From NCBI GenBank assembly GCA_033551855.1, contig JAWSUI010000011.1:20972-84971 (forward strand): DNA of 64,000 bases. The letters run 5' to 3'. Position numbers and translations under genes: made by a program. Positions 38,564 through 47,579 of the stretch are shown one piece after another (positions within the stretch are counted from its first letter, which is position 1; each line of letters begins with the position of its first letter). The notes beneath the pieces are model-generated. The model had not been told where the DNA came from and searched no databases. It saw nothing but the letters and a program-made list of their open reading frames with translations. The DNA is from Deferrisomatales bacterium. Lineage in GTDB: Bacteria; Desulfobacterota; Deferrisomatia; Deferrisomatales; JACRMM01.

Positions 38564-40327
38564 GTGACGACCCATCTCCTCTCCGGCAACGAGGCCATCG
38601 CGCGGGGGATCTACGAGGCCGGGGTGACCGTCGCCTCGGGATACCCCGGCACCCCCTCCACAGAGATTCTCGAGGCGGTGAGCCGCTTCAAGGGGGACAT
38701 CTACTGCGAGTGGAGCCCCAACGAAAAGGTGGCCTTCGAGGTGGCGGCCGGGGCCGCCCTGGCCGGCGCCCGGGCCGTGTGCACCATGAAGCACGTGGGG
38801 CTCAACGTGGCCGCCGATCCTCTGATGACCCTGTCCTACATCGGCACGGTGGGGGGGTTCGTCGCCTGCGTGGCGGACGACCCGGGGCAGCACTCCTCCC
38901 AGAACGAGCAGGACACCCGCCACTACGCACGGTTCGCAAAGATCCCGATCTTCGAGCCGGCGGACTCCCAGGAGGCCAAGGAGTCGGTGGCCCTCGCCCT
39001 GGATGTCTCGGAGCGCTTCGACACCCCCGTCATCCTGCGCACCACTACCCGGGTGAGCCATTCCCGGGGACTGGTCCGGCTGGGGGAGCGCATCCCGCCC
39101 CGGACGGCGGCCTTCGAGCGGAACCCCCCCCGCTATGTCCCGATCCCCATCTGGGGCCGAAAGATGCGCGTCAAAGTGGAAGAGCGCCTGGGGCGTCTCG
39201 CGGAGGAGGCGAGCCGGTCTCGCGCCAACCGGATCGAGTGGGCGGACCGGGGGCTGGGCATCGTGGCCGTCGGGGTCGCCTACGGGTACGTGAAGGAGAT
39301 CTTCCCCGAGGCGTCGATCCTGAAGCTGTCCTGGTGCTATCCCTTCCCGGACGCCCTGCTTCGGGAGTTTGCGGCGGGAGTGGAGCAGGTGCTCGTGGTG
39401 GAGGAGCTCGACGACATCGTCGAGGAGCACGTCAAGGCACTGGGGATCCCCTGCCGGGGCAAAGACGTGGTGGCCCGGATCGGCGAGCTCTCGGCCGGGC
39501 GGCTCCGGGAGAGCCGCGCCCGGCTCGAGGGGAGCGACCCGGCCACCGTCGGCGTCCCCTTGGCCGACGAGGCCCAGGACCTGCCGGGGCGTCCCCCCGT
39601 GCTCTGCCCCGGCTGCCCCCACCGGGGGGTCTTCCACGGCTTGGGAAAACTCGACGTGGTGGTGACGGGCGACATCGGGTGCTACAGCCTGGGGGTGTTC
39701 CCGCCCCTGAGCCGCACGGACACGATCCTGTGCATGGGAGCCGGGATCACCATGGCCCACGGCATGGACAAAGCCGGCGAGCCGCGCAAGGTCGTGGGCA
39801 TCGTGGGCGACTCGACCTTTTTCCACTCCGGGATTACGGGGCTCCTGGACATCGCATACAACCGCGGGTCCTCCACCATCATCGTGGTGGACAACCGGAC
39901 CACCGCCATGACCGGCCACCAAGACCATCCGGGCACGGGCCGCACCCTGATGGGCGAGCCCACGGGGGAGGCCTCCATCGAGGACTTGGGCCGGGCCTGC
40001 GGCATCCGACGGGTCGTCACCGTGGACCCCTACGATCTCAAGGCCACGGCCGGCGTCCTCAAGGCCGAGGTGGAGGCTCCGGAGCCGTCCCTCGTGGTCT
40101 CACGAGCCCCCTGTCCCCTTCACACCCGCAGCCGGCTGGGTCCCGCGCGCTGGATCGACGCCGAGACCTGCGTCCAGTGCGGCAACTGCGTCAAGCTGGG
40201 GTGCCCGGCGATCGAGAGCGACGAAGAGTCCGTGCGGATCAACGAGCTCCTGTGCCTGGGGTGCGGGATGTGCGAGCAGGTCTGCCGCCCCGGCGCGGTG
40301 TGGACCGGGGAGGGCGACCGTGGGTGA
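38564..40327 (+). CDS. iorA: Indolepyruvate:ferredoxin oxidoreductase, alpha subunit
   Basis: GTG 38564 follows GGAGG. L.GNEA.ARG..EAGV.VA.GYPGTPS.EI. TPP-binding GDIGCY...GDSTFFH.G. C-terminal 2x[4Fe-4S] CxxCxxCxxxCP motifs. Confidence 0.9.
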   Translation: MTTHLLSGNEAIARGIYEAGVTVASGYPGTPSTEILEAVSRFKGDIYCEWSPNEKVAFEVAAGAALAGARAVCTMKHVGLNVAADPLMTLSYIGTVGGFVACVADDPGQHSSQNEQDTRHYARFAKIPIFEPADSQEAKESVALALDVSERFDTPVILRTTTRVSHSRGLVRLGERIPPRTAAFERNPPRYVPIPIWGRKMRVKVEERLGRLAEEASRSRANRIEWADRGLGIVAVGVAYGYVKEIFPEASILKLSWCYPFPDALLREFAAGVEQVLVVEELDDIVEEHVKALGIPCRGKDVVARIGELSAGRLRESRARLEGSDPATVGVPLADEAQDLPGRPPVLCPGCPHRGVFHGLGKLDVVVTGDIGCYSLGVFPPLSRTDTILCMGAGITMAHGMDKAGEPRKVVGIVGDSTFFHSGITGLLDIAYNRGSSTIIVVDNRTTAMTGHQDHPGTGRTLMGEPTGEASIEDLGRACGIRRVVTVDPYDLKATAGVLKAEVEAPEPSLVVSRAPCPLHTRSRLGPARWIDAETCVQCGNCVKLGCPAIESDEESVRINELLCLGCGMCEQVCRPGAVWTGEGDRG

Positions 40328-40904
40328 CCTGGCGATCACGGGCGTGGTGTTGGTGGGCGTGGGGGGGCAGGGGGTGCTCCTCGCCAGTGAGATCACCGCT
40401 CGGGCGGCGATCGTGGCGGGCTTCGAGGTCAAGACCAACGAGGTCCACGGCATGGCCCAGCGGGGCGGTTCGGTCATCGCCCAGGTGCGCTACGGCCCCC
40501 GGGTCTGGAGCCCCCTGGTGGAGCAGGGGACGGCACGGGTCCTGGGCTCCCTGGAGCGGATCGAGGCCCTCCGTTATCACCAGCTCCTGGCGCCGGAGGG
40601 GCTCGCGGTGGTCTCGTCCCAGATGATCGTGCCCACCACCGTCTCGTCCGGCCAGGCGGTCTACCCGGCGGACGCCGAGGAGCGACTGGCCCGGGTCTTC
40701 CCCTCGCTGGTCTACGTGGATGCCCTGGCGGAGGCTCGAGCCCTGGGGGATGCGCGGGCTGCCAACATCGTGGTTCTGGGGGCCATGTCCACCGCCCTCG
40801 ATCTGCCGGTTGCGGCCTGGGAGCAGGCCTTGGGCGAGAGCGTGCGGGCGGAGCATCTCGAGCGGAACCTGCGGGCCTTCCACCGGGGCCGCGAGCTTCC
40901 CTGA
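40320..40904 (+). CDS. iorB: Indolepyruvate:ferredoxin oxidoreductase, beta subunit
   Basis: GVGGQG.L.AS.......G..V...E.HGM.QRGG.V pattern. Overlaps the iorA stop. Confidence 0.85.
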   Translation: MGDLAITGVVLVGVGGQGVLLASEITARAAIVAGFEVKTNEVHGMAQRGGSVIAQVRYGPRVWSPLVEQGTARVLGSLERIEALRYHQLLAPEGLAVVSSQMIVPTTVSSGQAVYPADAEERLARVFPSLVYVDALAEARALGDARAANIVVLGAMSTALDLPVAAWEQALGESVRAEHLERNLRAFHRGRELP

Positions 40905-40925
40905 CCGGCCCTTCCCGTCCCGCCG

Positions 40926-41315
40926 TCAGAACTCCTCCAGGATCCGCTTGCGGATGAGGTCCGCGATGGAGTCCACCGCCTGCCGCACCCGCTTGTCCGC
41001 GAGGATCCTCTCCCGGAGCTCCTGGTCGGGGGAGTCCTTGAGGTCGTGCCCCTCCTCGATCATCCGCCGGGCGCCCACCAGGCTCATGCCCTTCGTGTTC
41101 ACGTAGAAGTCCAGCTTTCGGATCTTCTCCAGACATTCCGTGGTGTAGCGGCGCTGACCGCCCTGGGTGCGGACGGGCCTCAGGAACCCCGGGATCCTTC
41201 GCTCCCAGAGGCGCAGGGTGTGGGGTGGGATGTCGGTGAGCTCGCTGGCCTCCTTGATGGAGTATACGGGCGGGTTGGGGTCTTGTACCTCTGCCCCTTC
41301 ACGGTCGTGGGTCAC
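40926..41315 (-). CDS. MerR-family transcriptional regulator
   Basis: YSIKEASELTDIPPHTLRLWERR...L.P.RT.GG.RRY is the MerR HTH region. Confidence 0.8.
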   Translation of the reverse strand: MTHDREGAEVQDPNPPVYSIKEASELTDIPPHTLRLWERRIPGFLRPVRTQGGQRRYTTECLEKIRKLDFYVNTKGMSLVGARRMIEEGHDLKDSPDQELRERILADKRVRQAVDSIADLIRKRILEEF

Positions 41316-41434
41316 GTTGCCTCCGGTCGTCTTTCCCCCGTGGTGTCGGCGGAGCCTTCGCCGGTTCGGTCGGCGCTCCGCCTTTCGTTTTCGGCTCGCC
41401 GGTTCCGGGACTCAAGCCCGCCCCGGCTCCCCGG

Positions 41435-42307
41435 TCACAGGATCTTGTTCAGCGGATACTCGACGATCCCCGTGGCCCCTGTCTTCAGGAGGCGGGGGAT
41501 GAGCTCCCGCACCACGGCCTCGCCCACCACCGCCTCCAAGCTGAGCCAGTCCGAGCGGTACAGGTGGGCGATCGTGGGGGCCTGGAGGCTGGGGAGCAGC
41601 TCGATCACGTCCTCCAGCCGGTGACCGGGGACGTTCATCTTCAGGCCGACCATCCCGTCGGCCTTGAGGGCGCCCTGGAGCAGCAGGGCGAGCTGCTCGA
41701 TCTTCTCCCGGCGCCAGGGATCGTCCCAGGCGGCGGGGTTCGCGATCAGCTTGGTGTTGGTCTCCAGGAGGGTCTCGAGGATGCGCAGGCCGTGCGCCTT
41801 GATGGTGGAGCCGGTCTCCGTCACCTCCACGATGGCGTCGCACAGCCCCTCCACCACCTTGGCCTCCGTGGCGCCCCACGAGAACTCCACATCCACGGAG
41901 ATGCCCCGCTCCCCGAAGTAGCGCCGGGTGAAGCCGACGAGCTCGGTGGCGATCTTCTTCCCCGCCAGGTCCTCGGGCCGCTGTGCGGGGCTGTCGGCGG
42001 GCACCACGAGCACCCAGCGGGCGGGTCGGGTGGAGGCCTTGGAGTAGACGAGGTCGCAGACCTCCACCACCTGGGAGTTGTTCTCGAGGATCCAGTCCTT
42101 CCCGGTGAGCCCCGCGTCCAGCACGCCGTCGTGCACGTATCGGCTCATCTCCTGGGCCCTCACCAGGGAGAGCCGCAGGTTGGGGTCGTCCACCGAGGGG
42201 AAGTAGTTCCGGGAATTGGCGCGGATCTTCCAGCCCGCCCGCCGGAAGAGCTGTACCGTGGCCTCTTCGAGGCTGCCCTTGGGAATCCCGAGCTTGAGCG
42301 CCTTCAT
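41435..42307 (-). CDS. hisG: ATP phosphoribosyltransferase, long form
   Basis: [13 protein letters not shown]...AG and ...D.IV..T.TG.T......L... 291 aa from ATG 42307 (the tracked ORF extends further upstream and was trimmed). Confidence 0.9.
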   Translation of the reverse strand: MKALKLGIPKGSLEEATVQLFRRAGWKIRANSRNYFPSVDDPNLRLSLVRAQEMSRYVHDGVLDAGLTGKDWILENNSQVVEVCDLVYSKASTRPARWVLVVPADSPAQRPEDLAGKKIATELVGFTRRYFGERGISVDVEFSWGATEAKVVEGLCDAIVEVTETGSTIKAHGLRILETLLETNTKLIANPAAWDDPWRREKIEQLALLLQGALKADGMVGLKMNVPGHRLEDVIELLPSLQAPTIAHLYRSDWLSLEAVVGEAVVRELIPRLLKTGATGIVEYPLNKIL

Positions 42308-42681
42308 GCCTTGTACACCTCTGCCGGGTCGAACAGCGGGGCGCCCTCCACGACCCAGCGACCATCCTCCACCCTGCGATAAAAGCAGCTGCGATGGCCC
42401 GTGTGGCAGGCCGCGCCTCCGACCTGGGTCACCTTGAGCACCACGGCGTCCGCGTCGCAGTCCACGCGCACCTCCCGCACCTCCTGAACGTGGCCTGACG
42501 ACTCGCCCTTCATCCAGTAGCGGTCCCGGGAGCGGCTGTAGAACCACGTCCGGCCGGTCTCCAGGGTTCGCCGGAAGGCCTCCTGGTTCATGTACGCCAG
42601 CATCAGCACTTCACCCGTCTCGGCATCCTGCACGACGGCTGGGACGAGGCCGTCGCCCTTGGAAAAATCCAACTCGTTCAT
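42304..42681 (-). CDS. hisI: Phosphoribosyl-AMP cyclohydrolase (monofunctional)
   Basis: [21 protein letters not shown]...T..TG....SRSR...W.KGE.SG..Q.V......DCD.D..L..V.Q.G.ACHTG..SCF. ATGA overlap with hisG. Confidence 0.9.
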   Translation of the reverse strand: MNELDFSKGDGLVPAVVQDAETGEVLMLAYMNQEAFRRTLETGRTWFYSRSRDRYWMKGESSGHVQEVREVRVDCDADAVVLKVTQVGGAACHTGHRSCFYRRVEDGRWVVEGAPLFDPAEVYKA

Positions 42682-42709
42682 GGAATCCTCGGGAAAGGAG
42701 GGGCTTGGG

Positions 42710-43588
42710 TCATCGGGCCAGGAGCCGGGGAGCCCCCAGCGTACCCCGGATCCGAGCCGTGTAGCGGCCATCTGAGGCCCGGGCCCCGGGGAAGATCGCG
42801 AAGAGCAGAGCAAGGTCCTGGGAGACTTGGTCGTCGGGCCGCAGGGAGAGCACACCGTTCACCAAGCTGCGGGTCGGATCCGGCCGCAGCAGCACGCTGC
42901 CCGAGAGCTCGACGCCCAGGTCGCCGCCCTCGAAGACCGCCGACTCGACCTCGAGCCTGCCCCCGTCGGCGACCAGCCGGAGGCGGCCGTTACCGAGCCC
43001 CACAGGGGGAACGGGGAACCCGAAGGCCTTTCCGGCGCCGATGCGCACGTCCTGGAACGTGATGTCCGTTCGACCGCCCGAGTTGATCGGGGCGGTCTTC
43101 CGGACCTCTGCTTCCAACTGCCCCGAGGCCTCTCCGGCCAGTGGGAGCTCCGAGAGGGCAGGGGGCAGGCGCAGTCGGGAGAGGTCGACGTCTGCCCACT
43201 CCAGGGAGGCCCGGGGCGTGGACCCCAGTGAGAGTCGAGCGGAGACGCCCCCTCCGAGGGTCCTGGCGTCCACCGCCACGATGGGCTGCCCCCGCACCAG
43301 GCTTCGCAGGGGAAACCCCACCTGGGCGTCGTGAAGATCCAGCCCCCACTCCGGGCCGTTGGCCGGCGCCAGGCGGACCGTGCGGGCGCGGACCCCGGGG
43401 AACGCGCCGGGTCCCAGCCCCTCGATTCGGGCTGCGATGCCCTCCGAGAGCAGCCGGCTCTCGAGGTTCCGGGAGAGCTCGGGGTAGGGCAGGAGGCGCC
43501 ACAGGGAGAAGAGGAAGACCCCCAGCGTGAAAAGGGTATACCCTGCTCCGCGCAGGAGGCTGCCCCGGGTGAAGGATATCCAACGCAC
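42710..43588 (-). CDS. gspN: Type II secretion system protein GspN-like
   Basis: One N-terminal TM helix then a beta-rich periplasmic domain, following gspL/M-like genes. The assignment rests on position plus remembered similarity to delta-proteobacterial/Leptospira GspN. Confidence 0.6.
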   Translation of the reverse strand: MRWISFTRGSLLRGAGYTLFTLGVFLFSLWRLLPYPELSRNLESRLLSEGIAARIEGLGPGAFPGVRARTVRLAPANGPEWGLDLHDAQVGFPLRSLVRGQPIVAVDARTLGGGVSARLSLGSTPRASLEWADVDLSRLRLPPALSELPLAGEASGQLEAEVRKTAPINSGGRTDITFQDVRIGAGKAFGFPVPPVGLGNGRLRLVADGGRLEVESAVFEGGDLGVELSGSVLLRPDPTRSLVNGVLSLRPDDQVSQDLALLFAIFPGARASDGRYTARIRGTLGAPRLLAR

Positions 43589-43589
43589 C

Positions 43590-44117
43590 TCAGGCGCCCT
43601 CCAGGGGTTCGTAGGAGGACACCTGGAACCGCACGTCCAGGAGATCGGCGTCGTCGAATCGCGGGCGCACCTGAATCTGCTTCACCCGCAGGAGCTCCGG
43701 CGAGTGCTCCACCTCGTAGAGATAGCGTACCAGCTCCGACAGGCGGACCCGCTCCATGCGGATCTCCACGCTGTTTTCCCGGTAGTAGCGTGAGACCTCC
43801 CCGGGTCGCGGTCTCATCTGCACGATGCGGTCCTGGACTTGGTGCCTTCGGGCGAGGCCCTCCAGGTAGGAGAGGATGGAGAAGTCCCTGCTGCGTCGCA
43901 GGTGGGCCTCGATCCCCTCGATCCTGGCGCTCAGCCTCTGGAAGCGGTCCCCGAGCTCCCGGATCTCCCGGTACTCCTCTCGTTTGGCCTGGACGCGGCG
44001 CTCCTGCAGTTCGAGGTGCGCATGGGCCGGCTCCCACACGGCGAGCCAGAAGACGAGCACACCCAAGACGGCGCTCCCGATGCCCACCGCGAGCTTTTCC
44101 CGATCGGAGAGCCGCAC
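43590..44117 (-). CDS. gspM: Type II secretion system protein GspM-like
   Basis: 175 aa: short cytoplasmic N-terminus, one TM helix (LAVGIGSAVLGVLVFWLAVW), a coiled-coil and a ferredoxin-like C-terminus. 1-3 nt spacing to its neighbours. Confidence 0.6.
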   Translation of the reverse strand: MRLSDREKLAVGIGSAVLGVLVFWLAVWEPAHAHLELQERRVQAKREEYREIRELGDRFQRLSARIEGIEAHLRRSRDFSILSYLEGLARRHQVQDRIVQMRPRPGEVSRYYRENSVEIRMERVRLSELVRYLYEVEHSPELLRVKQIQVRPRFDDADLLDVRFQVSSYEPLEGA

Positions 44118-44120
44118 CGC

Positions 44121-45539
44121 TCAGCCCTCCCGTCCCAGGTTGATGGTCAGCCTGAACAGGACCTTGTCGCGCTCCACGCCGGCCTTGGCATCGCTCACCG
44201 TTACCGTGGAGAAGCGCGGGTACTGGGACAGATCCGCCTTGATCCGGTCGATGGCGTCGAAGCTGCCCGTCACCCCGTCGATCCGCACCCGGCCTTCCTC
44301 CACGGTGAAGTCGCGGAACTCCACCTCCAACTCCTTGGGGATCCGCGACGAGATCTCCCGCAGCACCCGCAAGGGGGACACGTCGCGATCCACGAGGCTG
44401 CCCAGGCCCTGGGCCCGGGCCTCGAGCTCGCGCACCGCTGTGCGCATCTGGTCCACCTCGCTCACGATGGTCCGGACCTGGGGCAGCGTGCGGCGGAAGG
44501 TCTCTCGAATGTCTGCCCGCAGCGTCTGGTACTGGGCCTCCCGGTGGGCAGACTCGGTCCACACGCCGAGCCCCCAGAGGGAGACCAGTATCCCCCCGCC
44601 GATACCGCACACGGCCGCCAGGTGCCTCCAGGGCGCCGAGTGCTGCGTGGGGGCGAAGGGGCCCTGGCGCAGATTGAGCTGGCTTACCTGCCGGCCTGCT
44701 GCGTCCCGCAGGGCCAGGCCCAGGGGAACTGCCCAGTCGGGCCAGGGCTCGCCGCCCCCGGATTCGTCCCGGAGCCCGGCAGCGGGGAAGGGCAGTAGGT
44801 CCACCGGACACGCCAGCGCCGCCCGCCAGGTGGCCAGATCCTGTTCCCGGGCCCCTGGGCCGCTGAGATAGACGTCGCTCGGTCCCTCGGGGGCCTCGGC
44901 CCAGCGGGCCACGATGGCGGTCACCTCCTCGAGGAGGCCGGGGTCCGTGGGGTCCGAGGAAAAGGCGTGGAACGCTTGGGGCCCGCTGGCCCCGACGGCC
45001 ACGGCCTGACAGAGGTCCGGGGAGAGATCGACGATTACCGCGCGCGCGCCCTCGGCCAGGGCACGGCCGGCCACCGTCGCCAGGGCGAGGGCCTCGACAT
45101 CGACGATCTGGGGATCCCGGCCGGCCGCCGCCAAGCCGGCCAGGAGGGCGGCTTCCCGCTCTTCCGGCACCGCCACCAGAAGGGCCGTCGAGGCGCCCCC
45201 TTTGCGCCCGAGCACCTGCACGTGGCACACGAGCTCTTCCAGAGGCAGGGGGAGGGTCTCCTCGGCCTCGAGGGGGGCGGCCTGCACGATCCGGGCGCGA
45301 TCCGCGAAGGGGAGCTCCACCACCCTCGCGAACGCGGCGTCCGCCGGCAGGGCGGCCACCACGGTGTCTGCGGAGGGGAGTCCGGCCGCCAGCAAAGCCG
45401 CGCCGCGCTCCTCGGGGCTCCCGCTTGGCAGGTCCACGCGGGCGACCCTTGTCACGGCCGAGGTCTTCCAGCCTCCCTTGAGGTAGACTCCGAGGGCGCA
45501 GGTGGCCCCCCACCGAATTCCGAGGACGGTCTTGGGCAT
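44121..45539 (-). CDS. gspL: GspL-like protein (PilM-type actin-like N-domain fused to a PilN-like TM/periplasmic part)
   Basis: 472 aa. N-terminal ...LG...G......V... PilM-like repeats, a central TM helix (LAAVCGIGGGILVSLWGLGVW) and a C-terminal PilN-like domain. Confidence 0.6.
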   Translation of the reverse strand: MPKTVLGIRWGATCALGVYLKGGWKTSAVTRVARVDLPSGSPEERGAALLAAGLPSADTVVAALPADAAFARVVELPFADRARIVQAAPLEAEETLPLPLEELVCHVQVLGRKGGASTALLVAVPEEREAALLAGLAAAGRDPQIVDVEALALATVAGRALAEGARAVIVDLSPDLCQAVAVGASGPQAFHAFSSDPTDPGLLEEVTAIVARWAEAPEGPSDVYLSGPGAREQDLATWRAALACPVDLLPFPAAGLRDESGGGEPWPDWAVPLGLALRDAAGRQVSQLNLRQGPFAPTQHSAPWRHLAAVCGIGGGILVSLWGLGVWTESAHREAQYQTLRADIRETFRRTLPQVRTIVSEVDQMRTAVRELEARAQGLGSLVDRDVSPLRVLREISSRIPKELEVEFRDFTVEEGRVRIDGVTGSFDAIDRIKADLSQYPRFSTVTVSDAKAGVERDKVLFRLTINLGREG

Positions 45540-45609
45540 GAACGGTTCGACCCGCAGGATCGCAAGCAGTAGGGAAACAGTAACGGAAAGGGAAGGGGGG
45601 AATCAAGGA

Positions 45610-45645
45610 GGCATCCCCCCTGCGGAGAACCGCAGGGGGGATGCC
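45610..45645 (-). terminator. Intrinsic-terminator-like hairpin after the S21-like gene
   Basis: GGCATCCCCCCTGCGG-AGAA-CCGCAGGGGGGATGCC, a perfect 16-bp stem starting 7 nt after the stop. A pyrimidine-rich tail follows on the minus strand. Confidence 0.6.
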
Positions 45646-45651
45646 GTGGGA

Positions 45652-45906
45652 TCAATCCTGGTCGAACTTTCGGAGCTGCCTGCGGCGGCGCCGGGCCGCC
45701 TTTCGCTCCTTGATCCGCCGCATCTCGCTCTTGCTCACATAGAACGAGTGCCGCTTCACGGCAGGGAGGACGTTCTTCTGGAAGTCCTTCTTCAGCTTGC
45801 GCACTTCCCGCTCGAAGTCGCGGCGGGGGTCGCTTCCACCCTCCCTGTCGTAGTCCCGGCGAGGGCGACGCTCCCCACCCTGGTACTCGCTGCGCTCTCT
45901 AGCCAA
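45652..45906 (-). CDS. Ribosomal protein S21-like protein with an Arg/Asp-rich N-terminal extension
   Basis: TTG 45906 follows a GGGAGGAGGTG SD. The C-terminal two-thirds (EREVRKLKKDFQKNVLPAVKRHSFYVSKSEMRRIKERKAARRR) parallel S21 (..ALRRFKK.CEK.GIL.E.RRR..YEKPSE.RKRK.AAA.KR). Confidence 0.55.
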   Translation of the reverse strand: MARERSEYQGGERRPRRDYDREGGSDPRRDFEREVRKLKKDFQKNVLPAVKRHSFYVSKSEMRRIKERKAARRRRRQLRKFDQD

Positions 45907-46144
45907 CGGGGTAACACCTCCTCCCTGTGCGAATTCTCCCGGCGCGCCGGGAAGCGGACTTGATACCAGGTCTGCCGAGTGGTGTCAAATGGGAACCCTG
46001 GCCCTGTGGAGAGTGTGGGGAGCACAGGATGTGTCCATCGGGAACCCGGCTCTGCGGCGTCGGGAGTCGGTGGCTCCGGGAAGGCCGGCCCCGTGAAGGC
46101 CGGGCCCGTTGCGGGGGGGACGACGGTGCGGTTATGCTGGAGGC

Positions 46145-46780
46145 ATGGGTACGAACGGTACGGTGCGACTGCTCATTCTGGACTGCGACGGCGTTCTCAT
46201 CCGATCCGAGGGCGCGAACCTCGCCTATTACAACCACCTCTTTGGCGCTTTCGGCCTACCCCTGATCTCCCGGGATGATCGGGCCTCGATGGGGCTGCTC
46301 CAGACGCTGTCCACTCCCCAGGTGATCGAAGCGTTCTTTCCGCCGCCGCTGCAGGGGAAGGTGCGGGAGTTTGCCTCGGGGATCGACTTCGCGCCGTTCC
46401 TGGGGCAGGTCGAGCCCGAACCGGGCTGGCAGGGGGTCCTCGGGCGCTGGCGGGGGCGGGGCCGGACCGCCGTGGCTACGAACCGGGGAGCCAGCGCCCG
46501 GGCCGTGCTCGAAGCCGTGGGGCTCCTGCGGTTGGTGGATCACGTCGTGACCATCCGCGACGTACCGCGCCCCAAGCCCCACCCGGACCTGCTGCTCGGG
46601 GCGCTCCGGCATTTTGGGATTTCGGGTGGGGAGGCACTCTACGTAGGGGATTCGGAGCTCGACCGCCGGGCGGCCGGCGCGGCGGGGGTTCCCTTCTTGG
46701 GATTTCGAACGTCCACGCCTCCTTCCGCGCGGGACGCGGCGGAGGTGGAAGCGCACCTCACCGGTCTTGCCGGAGAGTAG
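46145..46780 (+). CDS. HAD-superfamily hydrolase (phosphoglycolate-phosphatase-like)
   Basis: LILDCDGVL (motif I DxD), ...ATNR... (motif II) and YVGDSELD (motif IV). Confidence 0.8.
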   Translation: MGTNGTVRLLILDCDGVLIRSEGANLAYYNHLFGAFGLPLISRDDRASMGLLQTLSTPQVIEAFFPPPLQGKVREFASGIDFAPFLGQVEPEPGWQGVLGRWRGRGRTAVATNRGASARAVLEAVGLLRLVDHVVTIRDVPRPKPHPDLLLGALRHFGISGGEALYVGDSELDRRAAGAAGVPFLGFRTSTPPSARDAAEVEAHLTGLAGE

Positions 46781-46834
46781 ACCTCTGATATCCTCACGCC
46801 GGGCGACGACGAACCTGCCGAGAAAGGAGCACGT

Positions 46835-47029
46835 ATGGCCGACCTGACCAAGAAGTTTCACGAGCAGCAGGACGCCAATACCCTCAAGATGGGCTGCCAG
46901 GTGGCGGACGCAGAGGTGGACCTGTGCCCGTGCGGTTCCAAACAGTCCTTCGCCAAGTGTCACGGGGCCCCCTGCGAATGCGGCTCCGGCAAGCCCAAGT
47001 TCAAGTGCTGCCACACGGACGACATCTGA
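46835..47029 (+). CDS. Small SEC-C-motif metal-binding protein
   Basis: 64 aa with CPCGSKQSFAKCH and CECGSGKPKFKCCH, two SEC-C-type zinc motifs. AAAGGAG SD 7 nt upstream. Confidence 0.6.
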   Translation: MADLTKKFHEQQDANTLKMGCQVADAEVDLCPCGSKQSFAKCHGAPCECGSGKPKFKCCHTDDI

Positions 47030-47579
47030 GTGTCGGTGAAGAAACCGCCGCGAGCCGGCCGGGGTGCCCAGGAAGGCGATCCGGTTGGGCGGCAGATGGA
47101 TGGACAGACGCTGAGAAGACCCGGGCGGCCCACAGACGACCGCCCCCGAGGAGCGGGCTGCGCTCCAGGTGAGGGCCCCCGTCGCGGAACGAGGCGCGAG
47201 CGCCTGCAGGTCCCCGGGGGGTCTGGAGGCGCTCGCGCGTCATGGGGCGGGCGCGGGCGGGCGCTTTTCGCATCCACCCTCTCGTCGGGTTTCGGGGCCG
47301 GGTGCCTCTGGCGGCGCGCTGTGCCCTCGGCGGCGGCCTGAGCGCGTGGGTCGGGGCGGGCCGCCGTGTCCCCGTCATCGGTTCCGGAGGGTTTCCGCGA
47401 CAGGCCGGGCGCATGGCTGGAACCGGCGGTGTTTCCGGAGCCGCTGAAGCTGAACGAGAGGATTCGGACCTCGCGGCCGGCTATTGCTCCGGTGCCCGTC
47501 GGCCGATAGGTGGGGGCGCCGTTTCGGTCGGCGATGCCCAAGGACACCTCGAGGGGAACGCGTGAGAGAGGACCGAGGG

